Shown: in pieces, positions 1 through 9,268 of the stretch
Numbering within the stretch: the first letter of the stretch is position 1
Layout: each line of letters begins with the position of its first letter
DNA from: Bacillota bacterium
GTDB lineage: Bacteria > Bacillota > Clostridia > Christensenellales > SZUA-584
Direction: 5' to 3'
NCBI GenBank assembly: GCA_023391105.1
Contig: JAEWBO010000023.1
Coordinates: 19,640-83,639 of the forward strand
DNA: 64,000 bases
Translations under genes and position numbers: made by a program
The notes under the pieces: model-generated
Database searches by the model: none
Told to the model about the DNA's origin: nothing
Seen by the model: the letters and a program-made list of their open reading frames with translations, nothing else

Positions 1-31
1 GCCGTACATCTTAGCCGGTTATCTGATATCA

Positions 32-265
32 GTGAATATTGTGGGCTTTATCGTCTGCGCGGCAGACAAGCGCGCAGCCATCAAGCACCGGAGCCGTGTC
101 AGTGAGCGCACGCTGTTTGCGCTCGCGCTGCTCGGCGGGGCGCTGGGCGTATGGCTCGCTATGCTGATTTTTCATCATAAAACGAGAAAGCTGCGCTTCA
201 TGCTTTTCATGCCGCTTGTCGCGCTGGCATACGCGATACTGGTAATCATTTTGCTGGGCCAATAG
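32..265 (+). CDS. DUF1294-like small membrane protein
   Basis: 77-aa ORF. It has the basic segment DKRAAIKHRSRVSE followed by two hydrophobic helices, a layout I associate with DUF1294. Confidence 0.55.
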   Translation: MNIVGFIVCAADKRAAIKHRSRVSERTLFALALLGGALGVWLAMLIFHHKTRKLRFMLFMPLVALAYAILVIILLGQ

Positions 266-356
266 GCGCGTAAGGCAGTATATTTGCCTTGTTTTGCGCC
301 CATTTTATTGCTATAATGTATAATCGTCAAAAAGCGTTTAAAAGGAGTAACCGAAA

Positions 357-2150
357 TTGAAACAGCTGACCAGTAAAGAGCTTCGACAGATGTATCTGGA
401 TTTTTTTGCGTCGAAGGGCCACAAGATCATCCCTTCCGCGTCTCTCATACCCGAAAACGACCCCACCGTGCTGTTCACCACGGCCGGCATGCACCCGCTG
501 GTGCCATACTTGCTGGGCGCAAGGCATCCCGAGGGCACGCGTTTAACGGATGTGCAAAAATGCGTGCGCACGGGCGATATCGACGCCGTTGGCGATGCGT
601 CACACTGCACATTCTTCGAAATGCTGGGCAACTGGTCGCTTGGGGACTATTTCAAAAAAGAAGCGATTGAATACAGCTTTGAGTTTTTAACATCTGAAGA
701 ATGGCTTGGCCTTGATAAGGACAAGCTGTACTTCACATGCTTCGCGGGCGACGAGGACGCGCCCAAGGACACCGAATCTGCCCAAATATGGATGAGCCTT
801 GGCGTGGAGGAAAGCCACATCTTTTTCCTCGATAAGAAGCACAACTGGTGGGGTCCCGCTGGGCAGACAGGCCCCTGCGGCCCGGACACCGAAATGTTCA
901 TCGACACCGGTATTCCTGCTTGCTCAAAGGATTGCAGCCCGGCCTGCTCCTGCGGCAAATACCTTGAAATCTGGAATGACGTATTCATGCAATACAACAA
1001 AACGGCTGACGGCAATTTTGAGCCGCTTGCTCAGAAAAACGTGGACACCGGCATGGGGCTGGATCGCACCATTGCCACTTTGCAGGGCAAAAAGTCCGTT
1101 TATGACACCGACGCGTTCAGCGGCATACTCGCCAAAATCGCGGAACTTTCGGGCAAGGGGTACGAGGACGATCCCGATACGACGCGCGCTTTTCGTATCA
1201 TCGCAGATCATATGCGCTGCGCCACGTTTATACTGGGCGATGAAAAGGGTGTCACCCCCTCCAATGTGGATCAAGGCTATGTGCTGCGCCGCCTTATTCG
1301 CCGCGCTGTGCGTTATGCACTGCGGCTGGGCATCGAGCGCGTGTCGCTGCAATATGTCGCGCAGGCCGTGATCGACCAGTATAAGGACGCTTATCCCGAA
1401 CTGGCGCGCCACGCAGACCGCATCATCACCGAGATCAATCTCGAGGAGGAGCGTTTCTCGCGCACCATCACGCAGGGTCTCAAAGAGTTTGAAAAGCTCG
1501 AAGCGCGCCTTGACGGCAAGATTATCGCAGGGACAGACGCGTTCCGTTTATACGATACGTTCGGCTTCCCGCTTGAGTTCACGCTGGAGCTTGCGCATGA
1601 GCACGGGCTTGAGGTGGATGAAAAGGGCTTTGAGGAAGCGTTCCGCAAGCATCAGGAGGTATCCGGCGCGGGCGCGGAGCAACGCTTCAAGGGCGGCCTT
1701 GCCGACACGGGCGAAGCCACCGCACGGCTGCACACCGCCACGCATCTCATGCATGCGGCACTGCGTCAGGTGCTGGGCACGGAAGTCGAGCAGCGCGGCA
1801 GCAACATCACCGCAGACCGTCTTCGTTTCGACTTCGCATTCTCGCGCAAGGTGGAAAAGCCGGAGCTTGATGAGGTGGAGCGGCTCGTCAACGAAGCCAT
1901 CGATAAGAATATGCCTGTGATCTGCGAGGAAATGGGCGTTGAAGAAGCCAAAGGGCAAGGCGCCATCGGTATATTCGATTCCAAATATGACAGCATCGTC
2001 AAGGTATATTCCGCTGGCGATTTCTCCAAGGAAATCTGCGGCGGGCCGCATGCGGGCAACACGGGCGAGCTTGGTCGTTTCAAGATTCAAAAGGAGCAGT
2101 CCAGCTCGGCGGGTGTGCGCCGTATCAAGGCTGTGCTGATTAGCGAATAA
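357..2150 (+). CDS. alaS: alanine--tRNA ligase, short form lacking the C-terminal C-Ala/DHHA1 region
   Basis: TTG start 9 nt after the AAAGGAG RBS (341-347). The N-terminus LRQMYLDFFASKGHKIIPSASLIP..DPTVLFTTAGM is the class II AlaRS signature. Editing-domain motifs HTATHLMHAAL and CGGPH are present. Length is 597 aa against ~870 aa for canonical bacterial AlaRS. Confidence 0.9.
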   Translation: MKQLTSKELRQMYLDFFASKGHKIIPSASLIPENDPTVLFTTAGMHPLVPYLLGARHPEGTRLTDVQKCVRTGDIDAVGDASHCTFFEMLGNWSLGDYFKKEAIEYSFEFLTSEEWLGLDKDKLYFTCFAGDEDAPKDTESAQIWMSLGVEESHIFFLDKKHNWWGPAGQTGPCGPDTEMFIDTGIPACSKDCSPACSCGKYLEIWNDVFMQYNKTADGNFEPLAQKNVDTGMGLDRTIATLQGKKSVYDTDAFSGILAKIAELSGKGYEDDPDTTRAFRIIADHMRCATFILGDEKGVTPSNVDQGYVLRRLIRRAVRYALRLGIERVSLQYVAQAVIDQYKDAYPELARHADRIITEINLEEERFSRTITQGLKEFEKLEARLDGKIIAGTDAFRLYDTFGFPLEFTLELAHEHGLEVDEKGFEEAFRKHQEVSGAGAEQRFKGGLADTGEATARLHTATHLMHAALRQVLGTEVEQRGSNITADRLRFDFAFSRKVEKPELDEVERLVNEAIDKNMPVICEEMGVEEAKGQGAIGIFDSKYDSIVKVYSAGDFSKEICGGPHAGNTGELGRFKIQKEQSSSAGVRRIKAVLISE

Positions 2151-2165
2151 CAACAAGCTTTCTAA

Positions 2166-2188
2166 GCGGGCAATCAGCCCGCTTTTTT
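2166..2188 (+). terminator. rho-independent terminator of alaS
   Basis: Hairpin GCGGGC-aatca-GCCCGC followed by TTTTTT, 16 nt after the alaS stop. Confidence 0.8.
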
Positions 2189-2412
2189 ATTTGAACATTG
2201 ACCAATCCTTAAGTCAGCTAATGCTGCCACCTCCTTTAAAAAAGGAGGTGGCACGCGCTGGAGGATTGCACACGGTTTTTTTTACAATTCTGTGACCAGA
2301 TGTGACGCATTCTTTGTTTTCCTTTACATTTATTCGAATCATATCCCACTAACGGAACTTCCTCCTATTGTGCGCCGTCTGTAAGGCATAAACCAAACAG
2401 GAGGCATATTCC

Positions 2413-4074
2413 ATGAAAAGAGTGACACATATAAGTGCATTATTGCTGGCATTGATAATGGTGGCGGGGCTCATTTCCGGCTGCGGTGCAGCGCCTTTGA
2501 AAACAGACACTTCCGCGGTATACCCCGCAGAAGAACCCGGAGCGGCTTATTCGAAGGAAACCGCCGCGGGCTATCCTTCGGAGGAAGCCGAAGCTGACGG
2601 CTGGAACGGCGGATATTATGAAACTCCTTATGAGCCTGCCCCGAATGATGACTTTGGAGCCGAGGAGTACGGCAGCTTTGAGGAAAACAAATACTTCTCC
2701 CCTCTCGATCAGCCCTTAAGCACATTCTCGATCGACGTGGATACCGCGTCTTACAGCCAGATCCGCCGCTATTTGAACGAAGGCTCACTGCCTCCCACAG
2801 ACGCGGTGCGCATCGAAGAATGCATCAACTACTTTTCGTATAACTATGTGGCGCCCAGCGGCCCCGAGCCTGTGAACGTCGGCGTCACCATCAGCGACTG
2901 TCCGTGGAATGACGGGCGCTATCTGGCTCGCATCACGCTCAAAGCCGCCGAGCTGAATTTAAGCGAAGCGCCCAGCACCAATCTTGTGTTTTTGCTGGAT
3001 GTCTCCGGCTCGATGGATGACCCCGACAAGCTGCCGCTTGTGAAATCCGCCATGAGCATGCTTGCCGGAAATCTGAGCGACAAAGACCGTGTGTCCATCG
3101 TCGTTTATGCGGGTGCATCAGGCGTCGTGCTGGACGGCTGCTCCGGTTCAGATAATGCCGTTATCGACGCTGCGCTGGAGCGGCTTTCCGCCGGCGGCTC
3201 CACGGCTGGTGGAGAGGGCATTGCGCTTGCGTATGCCATAGCCGAAAAGAACTTCATTCAGGGCGGCAACAACCGTGTGATACTCTGTACCGACGGCGAT
3301 TTCAATGTCGGTCCCTCGTCCACCAATGAGCTTGAGTCTCTCATCGAAAACAAGCGTTCAAGCGGCATCTATCTGAGCGTGCTGGGCTTCGGCACAGGCA
3401 ACACCAAGGATAACAAGATGGAAACGCTCGCCGATAAGGGAAATGGCAGCTACGCCTATATCGATTCGCTGATGGAAGCCAAGAAGGTGCTGGTTAATGA
3501 GATCAGTTCCACATTGTTCACTGTGGCCAAGGATGTCAAGGTGCAGGTAGAGTTCAATCCCGATGCGATAAAAGAGTACCGCTTGATCGGCTATGACAAC
3601 CGCGTGATGGCGGCAGAGGACTTCAACAACGACAAAAAGGACGCGGGCGAAATGGGTGCGGGGCACTGTGTGACAGCGTTCTATGAGCTGATACCCGTGA
3701 ATTCTAACGATTCCGGGCAAAGCGTTGACGCGCTCGTGTTTCAGGACAATTCAGAGCCCTTACAAACGGCCTCAGCAAAGGCTGGCGATTGGCTGTACGT
3801 AAAGTTCCGCTACAAGCAGCCGGACAGCGACAAGAGTCAGCTGATGACCACAATGGCGGGAATTAAGAATTATACGGCAAAGCCCGATAATGACTTCGTT
3901 TTCGCCTCAGCTGTGGCGGAGTTCGCTCTGGCGCTTAAGAATTCGGATTATCAAGGCAGCGCCAACCTGCGGGATGTGATCGAGCGCGCCCAGGCCTCGC
4001 GCGGCACAGATGAGGACGGTTACCGCGCGCAGTTCATCCAGATGGCCGAGCTTGCCTATACGTTCTTTCGCTAA
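2413..4074 (+). CDS. vWA-domain lipoprotein (YfbK-like, vWA plus C-terminal DUF3520-type region)
   Basis: Lipobox LISGCG. The MIDAS motif is LVFLLDVSGSMDD. The N-terminal FSIDVDTASYSQIRRYL block is typical of the YfbK family. Confidence 0.8.
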   Translation: MKRVTHISALLLALIMVAGLISGCGAAPLKTDTSAVYPAEEPGAAYSKETAAGYPSEEAEADGWNGGYYETPYEPAPNDDFGAEEYGSFEENKYFSPLDQPLSTFSIDVDTASYSQIRRYLNEGSLPPTDAVRIEECINYFSYNYVAPSGPEPVNVGVTISDCPWNDGRYLARITLKAAELNLSEAPSTNLVFLLDVSGSMDDPDKLPLVKSAMSMLAGNLSDKDRVSIVVYAGASGVVLDGCSGSDNAVIDAALERLSAGGSTAGGEGIALAYAIAEKNFIQGGNNRVILCTDGDFNVGPSSTNELESLIENKRSSGIYLSVLGFGTGNTKDNKMETLADKGNGSYAYIDSLMEAKKVLVNEISSTLFTVAKDVKVQVEFNPDAIKEYRLIGYDNRVMAAEDFNNDKKDAGEMGAGHCVTAFYELIPVNSNDSGQSVDALVFQDNSEPLQTASAKAGDWLYVKFRYKQPDSDKSQLMTTMAGIKNYTAKPDNDFVFASAVAEFALALKNSDYQGSANLRDVIERAQASRGTDEDGYRAQFIQMAELAYTFFR

Positions 4075-4095
4075 ACATCGACCACTATACCAAAG

Positions 4096-4127
4096 GAACC
4101 CCGCTGCGATTTATCGCAACGGGGTTC
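4096..4127. terminator. bidirectional hairpin between the convergent vWA gene and bioB
   Basis: Stem of about 14 bp, GAACCCCG-c-TGCGAT tt ATCGCA-a-CGGGGTTC. The U-tracts are weak on both strands. Confidence 0.55.
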
Positions 4128-4162
4128 TTGACTTCATCAGCCGTTAAGGTATTCGAATACAG

Positions 4163-5134
4163 TCATTCGTCTTTTAACATCACCTTATATCCAAGCTCTT
4201 GCAGCATTTGCATATCGTCTTCCAGCGAAATCCCTGCCGTTGTGAGCATATCGCCGGAGATAGCGGCGTTTGCACCGGAAAGAAAGCAGGAGCGGCCCTT
4301 ATCTGGTAACAGTCCCCGACCGCCCGCAAGGCGAATCGCCGCAGCGGGCAGTAAGAACCGAAATACAGCCACAATACGCCGCATTTCACGGCAGGATAAA
4401 TGAGGCTCATTTTCTAACGATGTACCCGGGATGGGATTTAACATGTTTACAGGCACGCTTTTGATGCCTAGTGAACGAAGCGAAAGCCCCAGCTCCACTC
4501 TGTCCTCCGGTGTTTCTCCCAATCCCATAAGGCCTCCACTGCAAACTGTCAGACCTGTGCGTTGCGCGGCCTGCAGCACAGCGATTTTATCTTCAAAGCT
4601 GTGTGTGGAGCAGATAACAGGGAAATAGCGGCGAGAGGTTTCCAGATTGTTGTGAATCCGGGTTACTCCTGCTTCGTATAGTCTGCGAAGCTGTTCTTCT
4701 TTGAGCAGCCCGAGCGACACACATACGGATATACCGGCTTGTTCTTTGATAGCCCGAACACTTTTACAAATCTGGTCGATTTCACTGTCAGTTGATGCCT
4801 TTCCGGAGGTGACAATTGAGCAGCGCAAAATACCACGTTTGTCGTTGTGGTTTACCTGTGTCAGAATTTCTTCCGTGCTCAACAAAGGGAAGGATTGAAT
4901 ATTCGTCTGATAGGATACAGACTGCGCACAGTATACGCAATTTTCGGAGCAACGCCCGCTTTTACCGTTAATAACAGCGCAGATGTCAAAAGCGACCCCG
5001 CAAAAGTGCTCCCGAATATCATTTGCAGCATGGCACAGCTCATTGAGCGGCGCATCATATAACCACAGCGCTTCCTCTTTCGTGATATTTTCTCCTGACA
5101 TTACAGCGTTCTTCAATGCGTTTAAAGTGTACAT
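4163..5134 (-). CDS. bioB: biotin synthase (radical SAM)
   Basis: NGKSGRCSENCVYCAQS carries the CxxxCxxC motif in BioB context. GGLMGLGET follows later. Length is 323 aa. Confidence 0.8.
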   Translation of the reverse strand: MYTLNALKNAVMSGENITKEEALWLYDAPLNELCHAANDIREHFCGVAFDICAVINGKSGRCSENCVYCAQSVSYQTNIQSFPLLSTEEILTQVNHNDKRGILRCSIVTSGKASTDSEIDQICKSVRAIKEQAGISVCVSLGLLKEEQLRRLYEAGVTRIHNNLETSRRYFPVICSTHSFEDKIAVLQAAQRTGLTVCSGGLMGLGETPEDRVELGLSLRSLGIKSVPVNMLNPIPGTSLENEPHLSCREMRRIVAVFRFLLPAAAIRLAGGRGLLPDKGRSCFLSGANAAISGDMLTTAGISLEDDMQMLQELGYKVMLKDE

Positions 5135-5370
5135 GAATTCTACCTATGCTTTCTAGGGAATAGGACGTGACGATACCACGAGCTTCATCATTTATACCAA
5201 GTTCTCCGGCGGTTGTCTACTTATTTTGATGTTTTAGTTTACATATTGAAAAGGAGAAGCCCGTTTCCTTCAGTCTAATGACAAACGCCCCGCTTCACCA
5301 AAAAACAGGGCGTTTTCAAATAAAAGACCGTGGTCATTCATGTCGTGTTCATCTGCACTTTTGTTTATTC

Positions 5371-6144
5371 TCAGTATGGATTCATGAACATCTGTGTCCA
5401 ATAAAGCGTGCCGCTTGCTGTTTTGGCGACGCCGATGCCGATCTGTGTGTATGCTTGCGAAAGAATATTGGCCCTGTGCCCAGACGAATTCATCCATGAG
5501 TTCATGACCTCAGAAGCCGTCTTCTGCCCGTAAGCGATATTCTCTCCCCCTGCGCTGAACTTGAGGCCAAAGCTTTGCATCATATCAAACGGCGAGCCGT
5601 ATGTGGGCGACGTGTGCGAGAAGTATTTCTTATCGATCATGTCCTGACTCTTAAAGCGTGCCACACGGCTGAGCTCCGTGTTGAGCTTGAGCAAAGGCAG
5701 TCCCCTGTTTGAGCGTTCCTTGTTCACCAGCGCAAATACCTGCTGCTCGTGGGCGGCGAGCGACTGCGTGTCGGGTATTGTGATCTTCTGTCCCACATAG
5801 ATCATGCCAATGTTTGTAATATTGGTATTGGCTTTTTTAAGCTCATCGACGCTGATCTCAAACTTCTTCGCAATCCCCCAGAACGTATCACCTCGTTGTA
5901 CCGTGTAGCTCACAGACTTTGTGGTCGGGATGGTGAGCTTCTGACCCACGTAAATGAGCGATGCGTTTTTGACAGACGGATTCGCCGCGAGCAGATCGCT
6001 CAATGTCACGTTATTGGCATTGGCGATCTTTGTGAGCGTATCGCCGGATTTGACAGTGTATGTGCTCGCCGCGAGCGTCAGCGTGGCCGTCAGTATACAT
6101 AGCGCCAGTGTGAGAATCACAATTTTTTTTAGCAGTTTTTTCAT
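5371..6144 (-). CDS. secreted protein with two LysM domains and a CAP/SCP (YkwD-like) domain
   Basis: Signal peptide present. The LysM repeats are YTVKSGDTLTKIA and YTVQRGDTFWGIA. The C-terminal GENIAYG...SSGHRANIL is a CAP-domain signature. Confidence 0.8.
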   Translation of the reverse strand: MKKLLKKIVILTLALCILTATLTLAASTYTVKSGDTLTKIANANNVTLSDLLAANPSVKNASLIYVGQKLTIPTTKSVSYTVQRGDTFWGIAKKFEISVDELKKANTNITNIGMIYVGQKITIPDTQSLAAHEQQVFALVNKERSNRGLPLLKLNTELSRVARFKSQDMIDKKYFSHTSPTYGSPFDMMQSFGLKFSAGGENIAYGQKTASEVMNSWMNSSGHRANILSQAYTQIGIGVAKTASGTLYWTQMFMNPY

Positions 6145-6259
6145 TTATAGCTCCTTTCATCGATTAACCGCTGCTTTTACGCCTATTTTGCGCCTAAATG
6201 CGCGCAAATATTTACAGACCTGCTGACTCGTGCTAAGCTTTGGATAAATGGAGACAAAA

Positions 6260-6967
6260 ATGCAAACGCCGGTATATGTAACATTCAAAGAGAATATACG
6301 AAAAAGAATTGAAAGCGGTGAGCTTGCGCCGGGCGACAAGCTGCCCTCAGAGCGCGATCTCGCTCTTGCCCATGGGCTTTCAAGAATGACAGTACGTCAG
6401 GCGCTGACCGAGCTGGTCACAGCGGGCGTGCTTTATCGCGAGCAAGGCCGCGGAACGTTCGTGTCCGCACACAAGATGCAGCAGCGCAACATCTCGAGTT
6501 TTACTGAGACGGTGCGTCAAAGAGGGCTTAAGCCCGAAACAAAGGTGGTCTCATTCAGTGTTTGTGAACCGCCTGCGGATGTGGCTGATATGCTAAGCAT
6601 CAAAGGCGAGGTTTACCGCGCGGTGCGCATCCGTTTAGCCGATAATACGCCTGTCGCGGTCGAGGAGATTTTTATTCCCATGCATATATGCCCGGGGCTG
6701 CTCAAGAGCGATTTGCTCGGCTCGCTTTACAGCTTGATCACGGATACCTATGGACATAAGATCAGCAGCGCGGACAGCTCCATGTCAGCTCAGCTGCCTG
6801 GCCTTAAGATTCAGAATGACCTTAACATCACACGACAAACACCCGTGCTAAAGGTAAACAGCCTTTATTTCGCAGTCAGCGGTATCACGCTGTATTACGA
6901 GCGCGCGGCATACCGAACGGATATGTATGAGTACAACATCCGTATTTCCAAACAAAGCGGTGTATAG
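6260..6967 (+). CDS. GntR/HutC-family transcriptional regulator
   Basis: LPSERDLALAHGLSRMTVRQAL..GVLYREQGRGTFV winged HTH, followed by a UTRA-like C-terminus. I prefer the ATG at 6260 (TGGAGA RBS) over the ORF-track start at 6248. Confidence 0.8.
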   Translation: MQTPVYVTFKENIRKRIESGELAPGDKLPSERDLALAHGLSRMTVRQALTELVTAGVLYREQGRGTFVSAHKMQQRNISSFTETVRQRGLKPETKVVSFSVCEPPADVADMLSIKGEVYRAVRIRLADNTPVAVEEIFIPMHICPGLLKSDLLGSLYSLITDTYGHKISSADSSMSAQLPGLKIQNDLNITRQTPVLKVNSLYFAVSGITLYYERAAYRTDMYEYNIRISKQSGV

Positions 6968-6969
6968 GA

Positions 6970-7947
6970 TTATATCGCTTGAAGAAGCAGCATATAGCCG
7001 GGAATGGTGATGAGTGAAAACAGCGTTGTATAAAAAACGCTCTTTGTCGCGTATATTGTATCCGCGCCGTATAGCTCGGAAAGGATGGCTGTCTGCATAA
7101 TCGCAGGGAGGCTTATCTGCATGACGAACACATTTCGCATCAATGTTAAATCCCCTGCGGCCTGTGGCGCAAGCAGCGAAATACCGAGCATGCTGACGCC
7201 AAAGCATAAAACGGGGATGATCACAAACCGCCCAATCAGCACCCAGGCCATTCCCTTTTCCCATTTCATGCCTGATAAGCCCATGCTGTGTATCATGCAG
7301 CCGATAAAAATGAGTGACAAGGGCGTTGTGAGGTTGCCGATGTAGTTGGCGGTCGTCAGCACAAAATCCGGCAGCTTGATTCCCGCAAATATCACCACGA
7401 ACATAGTGACAATCGTCAATATGGGCGGTTGAACCAGTTTTTTAAGTGCATCGCCCCTGCCAAACTGCTGACTGCGTCCGTTGATCACATCTGCATCACG
7501 CTTGATGGCAAAGCTCCCAAGCAGCCAGAACGTCACGCTTCCGGCGAGGTAGTAAAATATGGCGTACGGCATGCCCGGGTCGCCGAAAAGTGCCTGTGCC
7601 ACGGGAAAGCCGATGAAGCTCGAATTGGAAAACGCAAAAGCCACAACGAAAACACCCCGTCTGTGTACGGGGATTTTTAACAGTCGCGCGAACAGCCGCG
7701 CTGCATAGTATGAGGATATCACGGCAAAAAAGATAATTAAAAGCGGCAGCCATGCGTCAATGAGCTGCTGCCGCGTGAAGTTGTGATAAAGGCTGTAAAC
7801 AATTGTTCCCGGAACCGCCAGATTGATGACGATTTTGGGAAACGCTTTGGCGGTTTCCCTTGAAACCCATTTGCGCCAGGATACAAATATACCCGCTCCC
7901 ACCAGAGCAAAAATAATGAAAACGGCCTCAAGGGAATCTAGTAGCAT
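6970..7947 (-). CDS. AEC (auxin efflux carrier) family permease
   Basis: 325 aa with about 10 predicted TM helices. The N-terminal FIIFALVGAGIF..AKAFPKIVINLAVPG pattern resembles AEC/membrane transport proteins. Confidence 0.65.
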   Translation of the reverse strand: MLLDSLEAVFIIFALVGAGIFVSWRKWVSRETAKAFPKIVINLAVPGTIVYSLYHNFTRQQLIDAWLPLLIIFFAVISSYYAARLFARLLKIPVHRRGVFVVAFAFSNSSFIGFPVAQALFGDPGMPYAIFYYLAGSVTFWLLGSFAIKRDADVINGRSQQFGRGDALKKLVQPPILTIVTMFVVIFAGIKLPDFVLTTANYIGNLTTPLSLIFIGCMIHSMGLSGMKWEKGMAWVLIGRFVIIPVLCFGVSMLGISLLAPQAAGDLTLMRNVFVMQISLPAIMQTAILSELYGADTIYATKSVFYTTLFSLITIPGYMLLLQAI

Positions 7948-7956
7948 GACAAATCC

Positions 7957-9264
7957 TTAGCTGCAAAAAGCGTTGTAAATGGCACGAATCGCTTTTTCAA
8001 AATCCTTTTCATCCACACCCACAATGATGTTGATTTCGCTCGAGCCCTGATCGATCATGCGGATGTTCACTTCGTTCTCGGCCAATGCACTAAACAACCG
8101 ACCTGCGACACCCACCGTACTGATCATGCCGCGGCCCACCGTCGCGATGAGCGCAAGGCCTTTGAATACCTCCAGTGAATCGGGCTGACAGAGATTATAA
8201 ACATCGTCCAGCAGCTGAGGCTGCTTGCCCTCTATTTCGCTGTTAGCCAGCACAATACCCAACGTATCGATGCCTGAAGGCATATGCTCAAAAGATATAT
8301 TGTTCTTTTCCAGCGCCCATAGCATGCGGCGGCCAAAACCCAGCTCCGCGTTCATGTTGGCCTTTTCAACAGCGATAACCGAAAAGCCCTTTTTGCCCGC
8401 AATACCCGTGATGATATCCGTATCACCATCGTTCACATTGGGAACGATCATTGTACCCGGATCATCCGGAGCGTTCGTATTTTTAATGTTTATCGGGATA
8501 TTCGCCTTAAACACGGGGAATATCGCGTCTTCATGCAGCACTGTGGCTCCCATATAGGAAAGCTCTCTTAGCTCCCGATATGTGATCTTCTTGATCACCT
8601 TGGGTTTTTCGACAATGCGTGGGTCCGCCATGAGCACACCCGATACATCCGTCCAGTTCTCATACACATCGGCCCGTGCCGATCTTGCCACGATCGCGCC
8701 CGTTATGTCTGAGCCGCCGCGCGAAAACGTCTTGATTGTACCGTCCGGCATGCTTCCATAAAAGCCGGGAATCACGGCATTCTTCGAATGGCGAAGCCGC
8801 CCGCGCATCACCGTGCGCGTCTTTTCCGATTCGTAAACGCCGTCCATGTTAAAGAATATGGTTTCGGCCGGATCGATAAAATCGAACTCTAAATAATCGG
8901 CCATCAATATGCCGTTCAGATACTCGCCGCGGCTTACCGTATAATCCACACCCGCGCCGTTTTTTACATCACAAAATATCGTATCAAGATGCGACTCTAT
9001 ATCCGTGCTGAGCCCAAGCTCATCCCGAAGCGTCACAAACCGCAGCCTGATCTCATCGAACAGGGCGGCACCGTCATCTCCGCAGCTCATAGCCGCATGA
9101 TACGCATACAAAAGGTCTGTCACCTTCGTATCGTCGCAAGAACGCTTGCCGGGCGCCGAAGGCACGATATAAACGCGCTGGGCATCCGCCTTTATGATCT
9201 GTTTAACTTTTTTAAACTGGGCAGCGTCCGCAAGCGAACTGCCGCCAAACTTACATACCTTCAT
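7957..9264 (-). CDS. aspartate kinase
   Basis: MKVCKFGGSSLADA kinase N-terminus, with two ACT-like C-terminal segments. The start is trimmed to the ATG at 9264. The ORF-track Arg-rich extension overlaps the upstream gene out of frame. Confidence 0.85.
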   Translation of the reverse strand: MKVCKFGGSSLADAAQFKKVKQIIKADAQRVYIVPSAPGKRSCDDTKVTDLLYAYHAAMSCGDDGAALFDEIRLRFVTLRDELGLSTDIESHLDTIFCDVKNGAGVDYTVSRGEYLNGILMADYLEFDFIDPAETIFFNMDGVYESEKTRTVMRGRLRHSKNAVIPGFYGSMPDGTIKTFSRGGSDITGAIVARSARADVYENWTDVSGVLMADPRIVEKPKVIKKITYRELRELSYMGATVLHEDAIFPVFKANIPINIKNTNAPDDPGTMIVPNVNDGDTDIITGIAGKKGFSVIAVEKANMNAELGFGRRMLWALEKNNISFEHMPSGIDTLGIVLANSEIEGKQPQLLDDVYNLCQPDSLEVFKGLALIATVGRGMISTVGVAGRLFSALAENEVNIRMIDQGSSEINIIVGVDEKDFEKAIRAIYNAFCS

Positions 9265-9268
9265 AGAA

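Noticed and set aside
266-356. T-box leader in front of alaS
   Set aside because: Only ~90 nt separate the upstream gene from the alaS RBS, far too short for a T-box. The region contains just -10-like TATAAT boxes.
5284-5320. Hairpin AACGCCC-17 nt-GGGCGTT as the terminator of the LysM/CAP gene
   Set aside because: The stem is short with a large loop. The U-tract is on the plus strand, where no gene ends, and on the minus strand it is followed by GUCAUU. I do not trust it as a terminator call.
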